Assembly: GCF_006345805.1 (NCBI RefSeq)
Contig: NC_043024.1
Location: 17,174,001-17,238,000 of the forward strand
Direction of reading: 5' to 3'
DNA from: Octopus sinensis
Lineage: Eukaryota
Length of the DNA: 64,000 nucleotides
The translations under genes and the position numbers were made by a program. The notes under the pieces were generated by a model. It made no database searches and had not been told where the DNA came from. It saw only the letters and a program-made list of their open reading frames with translations. Each line of letters opens with the position of its first letter. The stretch's first letter is position 1. Positions 25,233-37,382 of the stretch are shown one piece after another.

Positions 25233-25276
25233 TATTTATAATGATTAAAGTAGTTGGTTAACAATTGGTGGAACAT

Positions 25277-25379
25277 TGGATAGACTGTTTTGGATGGACT
25301 GTTTTGGATAGACTGTTTTGGATGGACTGTTTTGGATGGACTGTTTTGGATGGACTGTTTTGGATGGACTGTTTTGGAT
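25277..25379 (+). repeat. 14-bp minisatellite TGGAT(G/A)GACTGTTT, 7 copies plus a partial
   Basis: Counted directly; sits just before a SINE-A-like cagagttcaaattct B-box. Confidence 0.95.
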
Positions 25380-25770
25380 CCCTGTGCTCAGAGTTCAAAT
25401 TCTACCAAAGTTAACTTGGCTTTTAATTCTTTTAAAGTCAATCAGTGTTGTACTGGGGTCAGGCCTTCTCTTTCTCTCCCTCTTTGTCTGTGTGTCTCTC
25501 TTCTTGTCAGAAATAATCTTTGGTCAGAGGTGCAGCAGGATGAGTTGAATCAAGACTAAAAATGCCCAAAACACACCGTGTGTGAAGTGTTGCTATGACA
25601 ACTACTGACAATAAAATTATGCTAACTTAATTGCACAAGAGAAGCACAACCCAGGACGAGTGAAGTCTTTCCCAAAAGCTGACCATTCAACACATGGTCC
25701 ACAACAGCTGGACATTGTCCAGGAACTTTCCAAGTACTTCCTGCATTTCTCTGTTTGTAAATTAGGTAAA

Positions 25771-26160
25771 GTGTGTGGCTGTGTGATAAGTAGCTTGCTT
25801 ACCAACTACATGGTTCTGGGTTCAGTCTCACTGCATGGCATTTTGGGCATGTATTATCTACTATAGCCTCAGGCCAACCAAAGCGTTGTGAGTGGATTTG
25901 ATAGACGGAAACTGAAAGAAGCCCGTTATATGTATATATATGTATGTATGTATGTTTGTGTGCCTGTGTTTGTTCCCCTAACATCACTTGACAACCGATG
26001 CTGGTGTGTTTACGTATCCATAACTTAGTGATTTGGCAAAAGAGATCAATAAATTAAGTACTTGGTTTACAAAGAATAAGACCTAGAATTGATTTGCTGG
26101 ACTAAAAGGTGGTGCTCTAGCATGGCCACAGTCAAAATGACTGAAAGAAGTAAAAGAATA
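25771..26160 (+). mobile_element. SINE-B
   Basis: Full head to tail. Confidence 0.85.
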
Positions 26161-26852
26161 TATATATGTATGTGTGTGGTGTGTGTGTGTGTAACATATA
26201 TATTATTTATGTGCATGTGTATGTTTGTGTGTGGGTGTGTATTGTGATTTCTCAGCTAGCTCACATGCTGGATTAATAAGACATGCTCATATCCATATTG
26301 CTTTTGGTAGCCCAAGGACTCGCAAGCAGAGTCACCAGGTAAAGTGAATGAATAGTAAATATTGATGTATGGTAATAACAGTTGTAGGAACATGTAGTTG
26401 ATTACCTATTTGGTTGGATTTTGGTTTTTTTTTTCTTGTTTTCTCACTGAATAATCATGCATCATCTTCGATAGGAGAGTCCATCATATATATATTTATA
26501 TTATATAGAGGGCATTATTACACATAAATGCCACATGCTAGGAGGGACTCTTAAAGTCAAAACTACTAAAATAAATAAACATCGTACCGAAGCCAAGTCT
26601 CGAAGCAAGTCATTTAAAAACAGAATTCAGCTGCATATCACACTGTGATTTTGTAATCAGTGCAGTTTTTGCACTTTTCACTCCTCAGTGCAAGCATAAT
26701 TCAAGATATATAATGAATGAACAAAAACAACATACTAGGCGAACAACTATCGTATCCAATGCAGCATGGAGAAATATTTACCCCTTATATATCTATGTAA
26801 ATGGTGGACTTTTTCGAATTTGGATACGATAGTTGTTCGCCTGGTATGTTGT

Positions 26853-27122
26853 CAGTGGATTTGGTAGACAGAAACTGAAAGAAGCCCGTCGTATATATGT
26901 ATATATAGTATGTGTGTGTATATGTTTGTGTGTCTGTGTTTGTCCCTGCAATATCGATTGACAACCGATGCTGCTGTGTTTATGTCCCCGTAACTTAGCG
27001 GTTCAGCAAAAGAGACCGATAGAATAAGTACTAGGCTTACAAAGAATAAGTCCTGTGGTTGATTTGCTCGACTAAAGGCAGTGCTCCAGCATGGTCACAG
27101 TCAAATGACTGAGACAAGTAAA
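26853..27122 (+). mobile_element. SINE-B, 5'-truncated
   Basis: Starts at gtggatttggtagac and runs to the tail. Confidence 0.85.
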
Positions 27123-27650
27123 AATATATATATATATATATCACCAGCAGCAGCATTTAGCATCCATTTTCCATGCTGGTATGGGTAAGACGGTTTGACT
27201 GCAACTGATAAGCCAGAGAATTGTACCAGGTTCCAGTCTGTTTCCGCTTGGTTTCTACAGCTGGATGCCCTTCCTAATGCCAACCACTCCAAGAGTGTAG
27301 TGGGTGACTTTTACATTTGTCTGTCACTGGTATATACTATGGGGATCAAGGGAAGTGGGGAGACACCATAGAAATGGTAAATGGACTATGGCACAAAATA
27401 AATCACTTTATATTTGCTAAAATAATATTCCAAATTATTTATATGATCAGAAATATAATAATGAGATGTGCTACCTGTGATTAATTTTGAGGATCTGATC
27501 AAAGACTTTGCAACTACAAAAAGTAGAAAAAAACTTATTAAATGTAAATAAAGTGGAAGTATACAAAAATAAACATTATTTTCCCTCTTTCTGTTAGTTT
27601 TGTTTTATTTTGAAAAATAATTTATTTTATTGTTTATTATTGTTTTTATA

Positions 27651-27969
27651 GTGAATGCACATGGCTCAGTGGTTAAATCGTCGAGCTTACGATCGTGAGT
27701 TCGAATCCTGGACCAGGCTAAGTGTTGTATTCTTGAACAAGACACTTTATTTCATGTTGCTCCAGTTCACTCAGCTGTAGAAATGACTTGTGACCTCACA
27801 GGTGCCAAGCTGTATCGGCCTTTGCCTTTCCCGTAGATAACACTGGTGGCATGGAGAGGGGAGGCCGGTATGCATGGGCGACTGCCGGTCTTCCATAAAC
27901 AACCTTGCCCAGACTTGTGTCAACTTTCTAGGTGCAATCCCATGGTCTGTCATAACTGAAGGGGGTCTC
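27651..27969 (+). mobile_element. SINE-C (tRNA head; ttcttgagcaagacactttatttc..cagttcactcagctgtagaaatg body)
   Basis: A-box tggctcagtggtta and B-box gttcgaatcc; matches 47776-48106. Confidence 0.85.
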
Positions 27970-28084
27970 AGCAATTGTTTTTGTATTTTGAATTACGTAT
28001 AGAGGGGGGCACCAAAATCTTTTAAGTGCTTAGGGCCTCTGTGGGTGTTAATCTGGTCCTGCTTTTACATGTTACCAGAACTGT

Positions 28085-28790
28085 CTATGACTATGGTTCC
28101 ACTTGGCTTGACAAGTCTTCTCAAACACAGCAAACTGCCAAAGATCTCAGTCATTTGTTATTGCCTCGTGAGACCCAATATCCAAAGATCATGCTTCACC
28201 ACCTCATCCTATGTCTTCCTGGGTCTACCTCTTCCACAGGTTCCCTCCGCAACTTGAGATCAGCACTTCTTTATGCAGCTGTTCTCATCCATATGCATCT
28301 CATGACCATACCAGTGCAGTCTTCTCTTTTGCATACCACATCTGATGCCTCTTATGCCTAACTTTTCCTTCAAGATACTTACACTTTGTCATACATGCAC
28401 ACTGACAGAGGCCCTTAGTTACAAACAAAGGTAGAAACTCTGAACTTTGCCCAGCGTATTCTTATTCTCGCAGCCAAACTCTCAAAGCGTCCACCTCCAC
28501 TGCTGACTTGGTCACCGAGATAATAAAAACTATCAACTACTTCTAGGCATCACCACTGGCATTCAACAGAGTCTATTTTCTGTACATTACTTGTGTGTAT
28601 TGTATCTGTATATTTGTCACACACAAAGACTGTTTTCCCTGTTAACCTTCCTCTGATATTGTTGCACCTCTTATGTATCCATAGCTTGCACTGGGTACAC
28701 CTTATTGAGTTTCTACCTACGTCTTTTCTACATATCAAGCACGGCCATCTTCCTGAAGGGATTTGTGATTCACCTGCTTTCCTACTTGCT
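28085..28790 (-). pseudogene. RTE-clade LINE ORF 3' fragment with a Cys/His-rich insertion
   Basis: ICRKDVGRNSIRCTQCKLWIHKRC followed by LEVVDSFYYLGDQVSSGGG..RIRIRWAKFR; stops and frameshifts downstream. Confidence 0.8.
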
Positions 28791-30679
28791 AAGACTACAG
28801 TCTTTATCCATTTATCTATCTATTTATCTATCTATCTATGAACTCGGAAAAAATTTAAAACAGAGAGTTACTTACTTGCAAATAAATGTGTTAACATGTG
28901 ACATTATTGACCGAGGTTACCATGGTCTTTTCCGTAGACTTTTCTTTCCATAGATAAACCTTTTCTGTTTCCTCCTTTACACTTTACATCATGACATTTC
29001 TGTGATACACGATCCCTATTGATGGTTTTTTTTTTTACGATCCCTTTTGATCGAAAACCTACCCCCCCTTTTTTCTTCCCCAAACGAAAAGCTCTACTTT
29101 GTAATTTGTACCCTCTGTGTTCAGCTCTGTATGGCTAATAAAGAAGCATATCTATCTATCTCTATGTATGTATGTATGTATGTATGTATGCATGTATGCA
29201 TATATGCATGTATGTATGTATGTAAGTATGTATGTATGTATGTATATAATACATCTACAAGTGTGGTGTAAGACAAACAAAAGACAGATACTACATTAGG
29301 ATTTGAACCATGCATCTATAAGTTGCCAAGCGTATGGTTCACTAGTTGCACCAAATAACATTTCAACAGCTTTAGCTGTCGACATAGCTGTTGTAAAGTG
29401 GTTTTTCATTGGATAATAATGGTAATGTCTAATCTCCTTTCATTTCCCCTGACAACTGCAGACAATTTAGCAGCTGTACTTGGAGTCTTCTATGTATATG
29501 CATGCATGCATGCATGCATGTATGTATATATGTATTAATGTATATGCACACAAGCACATATATTTAATAACAGCTACATGTATACATAGAAACCCATGAA
29601 CTCGCGCACACACACACACACACATATGCATTTATAATTCATAATTAAAAATAACTATTTATGTTATGAGTAATTACAGTTCATATTCTGAAGTTGCTCT
29701 TAGTCATAAACCTAGGAAACTTCCAGTGTAACACTGGAATCTGATGTAGTTAATTAAGGCAGCCTGTCTTTGTCTGGTGGCGAAGTGGTTATCAAGTTGT
29801 CTGTGATTCTCATGGGATGTGTGAAAAGACTTGGTAACAAAGACTTATTAAGTAAAAACCAAAATGTTTATATTTGTTGTGTTGATAGTGAAATTTCTTC
29901 TGAGGCTACTTGGTATAATTAGATACATAGTCACCTGACAATTATTGTATTAATAGTCATCCAACTTCTTCAGTTGGTGACACTATGAGGTTCCAGAACT
30001 CTCATAGTGCTTTCAAGTGGCTAAAATGAGTTGATGAATTACCAGCTCTATCAGCTAGCAGTAATCTGCTAATAGGATTTGTTGACCCTTAGACTGACCA
30101 TTGGCTGAAGAAGCTCTTCTACCCAGACTGTGTCATCTAGTTTTGCCAAATGAAGGTCAGTCCACCAAACTTCACATCTACCATGCTGCTCCTCGTGACT
30201 TCACTGTGGCCCTCACTCAAAGATTTTTCATCGCTAAGGCTATCTCCTCTAAATACCCACTATTGGATGGCTGTTGACTCATACAAGTTCCTCCACACTT
30301 TGATGGGTTTTGTTTTTCATCTTGCAGGGTGTCCAAATCACTCTCCTCGTCAAGTAAGTTTGGTGAGGCTGTTGGTTTACTCGCCAACAACCCAACCATG
30401 TGACAGGGTCGTACTGGGTTACATGTCATCAGTAGCACTTGTTGAGAGTGACCTGACAAGGGATAGATTTATTGTTGATTATCATGGCTGGATTTCATTT
30501 TTTTTTCTATTTTATGCCACACTTAGACCTGAACAATGACAACTACTATTGTAAGTGTAAAAACAACAACAAGAACAACTACAACAACAACAAGATTAAT
30601 AAATAACTGAGATGCCTGGCACCTTGCTGTACTCAAGAAACTCATGTTTCGTAGCAGAAGTGTTAAGGCTGCTCCGCTT

Positions 30680-31352
30680 AGTGAAGAGAATTGTCCTGCA
30701 AGAGTGGTGTACCAGTGCCATGTAAAAAGCACTTGTGCCGGTGCCACGTAAAAGGGCTCATGTGGTACCATGTTAATGCACCCAGCACACAACTTTAGTA
30801 AGGGCAGCCAGTTGTAGAAACCCAGCCAAATCAGACTGGAACCTGGTGCAGTTCTCCAGCCTACCAGCTCTGGCCTCAAAATCAAAATCACTGATGTGGC
30901 CAATGAAAGTACCACCTGTCTGGCACTCATGCCAGTGGGATGTTAAAAGCACATCCGAGTGTGATTGTTGCCAGGACTGCTGATTGGCTCCCGTGCTGGT
31001 GGCATGTAAAAAGCACCATTTGAGCATGATCAGTGTTGCCTTACTCGCACATGTGCCAGTGGCACATGAAATACTTTTGAATGTGGTCATTGCCAGTGCT
31101 GCCGGACTGGCTCCCATGCAGGTAGCATGTAAAAAACACCTTGTGAGCATGGTCGTTACCAGAACCACCTCACTGGCCCTTGTGGTGGTAGCATGTAAAA
31201 GCACCCACTACACTCTTGGAGTGGTTGGCGTTAGGAAGGGCATCCAGCTGTAAAAACTTTGCCAGATCAGATTGGAGCTTGGTGCAGCCTTCTGGCTGCA
31301 AACCGTCCAACCCATGCCAGCATGGAAAGTGGATGTTAAATGACGATGATGA
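30680..31352 (+). mobile_element. Two adjacent RTE-type 3' UTRs with a tandemly repeated gtg(g/c)catgtaaaaagcacc motif
   Basis: Motif recurs about 6 times; ends ggatgttaaatgacgatgatgatg. Confidence 0.75.
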
Positions 31353-31493
31353 TGATGTATATACATATCTATCTATCTCTATATATATATGCATGTATGC
31401 ATATATATATATATATATATATGCATACATATATATCATATGTATATGTATCTCACTCTCTCTCTGTATATATATGTGTGTGTGTGTGTGTGT

Positions 31494-31655
31494 GGAGGCA
31501 GATGGCCTAGTGGTTAGAGTAGCAAACTCGCGGCCAAGGGATCACGAGTTCAAATCTCAGACCCAGCGATGTGTGTGTTTATGAGTGAAACACCTAAGCT
31601 CCATGTGGCTCCGGCAGAAGGTAATGGCAAACTCCTGCTGACTCTTTTGCTACAA
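31494..31655 (+). mobile_element. SINE-D 5' half
   Basis: ggaggcagatggcctagtggttagag..gagttcaaatctc..ctccggcagaaggtaatggc. Confidence 0.8.
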
Positions 31656-31849
31656 TAAATGGCATCTTACCTCAAAATTTCTCCCTCCCTTAAATGATGG
31701 ACTCACAGAGGAGATGGGGACTCCTGGAGATTCCTGGTGGTTTGCTGTCTTTGAAAAGCTACATCAAATTAAGAAACAGCATGGTTGTTCTTTCATACAG
31801 GCTCATTCCTTGCAACCCTCTCCAGCTGAGTATCCTTAATATCATGGAC

Positions 31850-32075
31850 TCATAAGTGCTGGTGTCATGTAAGAAGCAGCCATGCTGGTGGTATGTAAGA
31901 GTAGCCAGTACACTCTGTAAAGTGGTTGGCATTGGGAAGGGCATCCAGCCATAGAAAGCATGCCAGAACAGACAGGGACCCTGAACAGCTCTTTACCTTT
32001 TCCACTCCTGTCAAATCATCCAACCCATGCCAACATGGGAAGCGGACATTAAGTGATGATGATGAGGATGATGGT
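31850..32075 (+). mobile_element. RTE-type 3' tail
   Basis: gtggttggcattgggaagggcatccagc..ccaacccatgccaacatgg..(GAT)n. Confidence 0.75.
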
Positions 32076-33279
32076 GGTGATGGTGATGGTGATGATGAAC
32101 ATCTACAACTACACTTGCAACAACCAAACTATCCTGAAATAGTAACCACAACAACAACAGCATGAACACTGCCATATACCATCAGACATCTATATTAAAT
32201 GTATAAGACATCTTTGATAAGGAGCGACCAATAAAATCAATGATGCTGTGGGTGTCATTCATTAACAGAATGCATTGAAACATGAAGGATCAGTTTTGAC
32301 ATGAAGTGACCCCTTAATTTTCTGGAATTGACAACTGAAAGAGTTTCTGCTCAATTAAATAACCCCAGTCATTAATAAATTAGACTTAAAGTGGTGATTT
32401 CCTGTACAGCGGGGGTGGGATTAGTTGGTGTTTGGGGGATACAATTATAAATTAGATTCAAAAAGATTCTAAATTATTAGCGGGAGGGAGCAAGGGAGAA
32501 ATGCTACCTTTTTGAGGTAAGATTCCATTTATTGTCATAGCAACAAAGAAACTCTTTAGTGTTATTTTTATAAATTAATTTGATCTTTACATAAAAATTA
32601 TTCTTAGGCAGAAATTAAGATTAATTTCCCCATATTGTTAATTAATATAAATACCATACGTGTGTGTGTGTGTGTGTGTGTGTGTATACATGTGTGTGTG
32701 TTTGTGTATAAATTACACTGATGAACCTGCAGATATTTACATGCGTAAATATTAACAAGCGAAACCATTGGTAATCATTTTTTTTTTATTTCATATATTT
32801 TCATTTGTCTTGCTCATTTAAAATTTTTTTTCTTGAGAACACACTCTTCATGGTTAGGTGATTTGAGATCTATATCTAGCATTAATTGGAGTCCACTTTG
32901 GTGGTCATTCCTCTTAATTTTGTGTATGTATATATATATATAATATATATATATACATATATATATGTACATATATATATTTGTACACTTATGCACATTT
33001 GTTTTTCCATGAATTATACGTGATATCTATGCAGATGTGTATATATATATATATGTATATGTATGTTATATACATATCAGGATATATATATATATATATA
33101 TATATTAATATATATATATGCATGTGTGTGTGTGTGTATGTATGAGTTGTCAATATCATCAACTGCAATGCCCATCATGAAACCAATGGTATCAGGTCGC
33201 TAAGAATGAAATGTCTGACTTTGAACTGAAAATTTTATTTTATTTTATCTCAACAAAAAGCAATGCAGTTAATCAAAGT

Positions 33280-33453
33280 ATGAATGGTTGAATGTCCAAA
33301 TCCAAGCTTCTCTGCTAGTTTCTCAACAGATACAATGGGATTTTGTTCCACCAGGGTTTGCAGGACATCCTCATCAAACTCTACAGATCTTCCAGGACAA
33401 GGCTCGTCTTCTAGGCTATAGTTTCCAGCTTGGATTTTCTGGAACCATCATTG
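33280..33453 (-). pseudogene. Mariner transposase N-terminal (HTH) fragment
   Basis: WFQKIQAGNYSLEDEPCPGRSVEFDEDVLQTLVEQNPIVSVEKLAEKLGFGHSTIH matches the mariner WF.RF..G..SLED.PR.GRP...LA..L...STI pattern. Confidence 0.8.
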
Positions 33454-33751
33454 ATACTGGCTTATGTTTATTGTCCAATCCCCATATATATTAATATTCC
33501 AAGCACTTTCCGTTGCATTGTTACCTTTATTGAACCATTAAGAAAAATATGCTGAATATGCTCCTTTGTCACTTTCATTATAGCTGTAAAAAAATAACTG
33601 TTAAAATCAAACTGCACCTTTCAAAACTTGCACTAAGAATAAGTACAAGGTAAAATTACTACCTGCTTTTATAGCAAGTTGATGCAGGTAATTTATCCTG
33701 CCTCCTCTGGCTTTTAGTTCGTGCAATTGAAAAACAGTATATATAGATATT

Positions 33752-34000
33752 GGCATGTAAAAAGCACCTTTCATAATCGTGACAGATCCTGGTGTCACAC
33801 AACTGGCACCTGTGCTGGTGGTGCATAAAAGCACCCATTACAGTCTCAGAGTGGTTGGTGTCAGGAAGGGCACCCAACTGTAGAAACGATGCCAAATCAG
33901 ACTGGAGTCTGGTACAGCCCCTCAGCTTACCAGCCCTGGTCAAAGAAAAGAAACCTATGCCAGCATGGAGAATGGACATTAAATGATGATGGTGATGATG
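33752..34000 (+). mobile_element. RTE-type 3' tail
   Basis: Same tail motifs and (GAT)n end. Confidence 0.75.
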
Positions 34001-34003
34001 ATG

Positions 34004-34045
<42 letters not shown>

Positions 34046-34200
34046 CATACATACATACATACACACACACACATATATATACATACTTACATACATATAT
34101 TTGCACACACATTAACCGAAATATAAGTATACTGACACATTTTATATATATATATATATATTTTATATATATATTTTATATATATATATATTATATATTT

Positions 34201-34232
<32 letters not shown>

Positions 34233-34444
34233 ATTTATATATATATATATATAATGTAGATATGTATGTATGTATGTATATGAATATTCAATTCCTTGGT
34301 TTGGCTCAAACTGATTCCTATTTTAAGCTTCATCTGCATTTCTTTTTATAATTCCAATTGTGATTGGCCATGAAATGGAACTCTCACTTAACACTGTGTA
34401 ATTGTACAGGCATACATTTTATACATACATACATACATATTTGC

Positions 34445-34476
<32 letters not shown>

Positions 34477-35680
34477 GCATATATGTATGTATATATGCAT
34501 ATATATATATATATATATATATATGCATATATGTATATATGAATAATGCACATCTCCAGCTCATATATTTGTCAGTCCATCCATCTTTCTTCATCCCTGC
34601 TCTCTCTCTCTTTCTCTCTCTCTGAAACCAAATTCCTCAACTACACAATCATGCTTCTACAGACTTACCATAATATATGCCATGTTTTTCCAATAAAATG
34701 CATAACATCTGTAAATTCACAAAATTTCACAAAGAATTCAGAAAAAAAAAAACAAAGGAAAAAAAGATCTTAGTCATGTTTTTATCACCAAATACATTTA
34801 AGAACTACTGCTCTTCAGTTACACACACACATACACACTCATGGATACACATGTACATTCATATACTCACATGTGTACCAACCTATACACACTTACACAC
34901 ACACTCATATACACATTCGTGGATACACATATACACTCATATACTAACATGTATACCAACACACACACGCACACGCATGCAATACACACACATGCTCATT
35001 CACATCCACACACACACATGCATACACACACATACTCATATATACGCATGTATATACATAAACACACTACAAATCTGTAATTATTGCATTTATCGTACAA
35101 TCGCAATATTCAACACACCATTTATGTATGTTTAAAAAATACATTTTACAAAGAGATTTTTATCATCTTTCTGTTTTAAAAATTAATACTTATTTGTCTA
35201 CAAAGCTGAAAAGTGATTTTATTATCATAACGACCAAACCACACCATTGTTAATGACAGTAAATATATTTATCTTTCTTAAATGTGTGGAAGAAACTAAT
35301 AATAGCAATAATAATAATAATAATGATATTAATAATAATAATAATAATAATAATCATAATGGTAGTAATAATAATAATAGCAATAATAATGATGGTGAAG
35401 TTAATATACAAAAAACTAAATTTGTTTTTTACTCACAGGTATTTGTCAAGCACACAGACATACACACACATGCATGTATAACTGTGTGAGCATGTGCAAG
35501 TGTGTGTGTCTGTGTGTGTGTATATGTAAATATATGTATACAAATATATATCTATGCATGTATATATGTATATATATACATATATATCATCATCGTTTAT
35601 ATGTATGTACATATACAAGTGTATATATGTATACATATGTATATATGTGTATGTGTATATACATGTGTGTGTGTACATAA

Positions 35681-36030
35681 ATGGAGAATGCATACATGGG
35701 ATAATATACTTATTATGATAGTCAATTCATGTTGCCTGTGCACGTTTCGGTTCATTACTTAAATCCATATTTATGCAATTAAATTGCATTATGAATTTGG
35801 AAAAGCAAAACCTTCATCAGGACAAAAATTGACTGCTAACAAGGTAAAAACTGACTGTTATTTTTACCTTGATAAGAGTCAAGGTAAACCCTGATGAGGG
35901 TTTTTGCTTTTACAAATTCATAATGCAATTGCATAAATATGGATTTAAGTAATGAACCCAAATCCGCGTAGGCAACATTAATTGTCTATCATAATAAGTA
36001 TATTCATTATTTCATGTATGCGTTCTCCAT
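35681..36030. repeat. Inverted repeat with ~140-bp arms (35681-35821 / 35890-36030), each arm carrying a hammerhead-like motif
   Basis: Arms are reverse complements; CTGATGA..AACC-GAAAC on the minus strand of the left arm. Confidence 0.9.
35732..35825 (-). ncRNA. Degenerate minimal type-I hammerhead ribozyme with extended stem II
   Basis: TTGTC-CTGATGA-A-GGTT...AACC-GAAAC-GTGC-ACA-GGCAA; the cleavage triplet is mutated here but is GTA in the right arm. Confidence 0.55.
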
Positions 36031-36256
36031 ATTCTTTGTAATGTTAAAATTTTTCTCCTATATTGAAACGATGGAAACATCTATAGCAACAACTGGAATT
36101 TCAAAAGTGTAAGGTACTAAAATTGAAGGAGAACCAATGATAAGCACTAGTACTTATGCACATCTGGAATTTCCTGTATTGTTAATTGATATAGAGCTAA
36201 ACAGGTGTATGCTTGGATAAATATCCCTAGGAAAGAACAACCTCTTTTCACACGGA

Positions 36257-36345
<89 letters not shown>

Positions 36346-36348
36346 AGG

Positions 36349-36600
36349 ATATAATTATAGTTAAGGGGTACTGGAAATGACCAAGACTAGAAATAGGTGT
36401 CAAACACCTACTATCTACTCTACAATTTGTTCTCTATATTCAACCACAGGTATGAACGCGAGGGAATAAGCAAGAAAATACAAAAAATATTGGATAATAT
36501 TTTATCCAATATTGAATAATATTTATCCAATATATATATCCAATATTTCTAGTGTTGGCACTGGTCTTTTCCAGTAGCCGTTAACTATAATTATATCGTT
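36349..36600. repeat. Inverted repeat, ~45-bp arms (36349-36395 / 36544-36600)
   Basis: gatataattatagttaaggggtactggaaa versus tttccagtagccgttaactataattatatc. Confidence 0.7.
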
Positions 36601-36784
36601 ATAATTTTATACATAAAAAAAAAATTAATGTCACCTATACTCTCATTTTTAAGTGCTAGGCAACGGATATAATCATTTCATGATTATATCCTTATCTTAT
36701 AAATAAGTAAATAAATAAATATATAGTACGTTTAAATATTTGTTGTGCAAGATTTTTTATGTGAAGTCGTGTGTTGAAACAGAT

Positions 36785-37231
36785 ATTGTTATATTTCGGA
36801 ATGGTCATATTGCCAGTTTAGCCAATAAAAACACACGCACTATATATTTGGTGTTACTTTGCTTCAGTGTTATTTATTTTTTACATTAATCTTAATCTTA
36901 TTTTGGCCAGAGTTTTTTTGTCACACTCCTGTGACCGCATCAGTGGTCCTTTGCTTTCTTCTTACTTAATTGTGTCTCTCTCCTTACTAACCGTTGGCCA
37001 TTTTGTATTTCTCAAAATGGCAAACGGTTAGTAAGGAGAGACACAAATAAGAAAGAAGAAAACAAAGGACCACTGATGTGGTCACAGGAGTGTGACGAAA
37101 AAACTCTGGCCAAAATAAGATTAAGATTAATGTAAAAAACAAATAACACTGAAGCAAAATAACACCAAATATATAGTGCGTGTGTTTTTATTGGCTAAAC
37201 TGGCAATATGACCATTCCGAAATATAACAAT
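36785..37231. repeat. Long hairpin, ~220-bp arms and a 7-nt loop (37006-37012)
   Basis: Arms are reverse complements with scattered mismatches. Confidence 0.95.
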
Positions 37232-37382
37232 GATAAATATATATATATATATATATTATCCATAATAATAAAAGGTAAAATTAATTAATTAAATGATAAT
37301 TAATTATTTTACCAAGTAGTTCGGTATGTTAAAAGAACCATTATCAGTAAACTTACACACAAAATTCTATAAATATGAGTAT

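Noticed and set aside
25277-25379. CRISPR-like array
   Set aside because: Contiguous 14-bp units with no spacers, in eukaryotic DNA; it is a minisatellite
32531-32544. RFX X-box-like word attgtcatagcaac
   Set aside because: A single degenerate motif with no promoter or conservation evidence
35420-36455. Plus-strand AG|GT juxtapositions at 35438/35439 (cacag|gtattt) and 36449/36450 (cacag|gtatga)
   Set aside because: Weaker donors or short pyrimidine tracts, and the second is inside an inverted-repeat fragment; expected by chance
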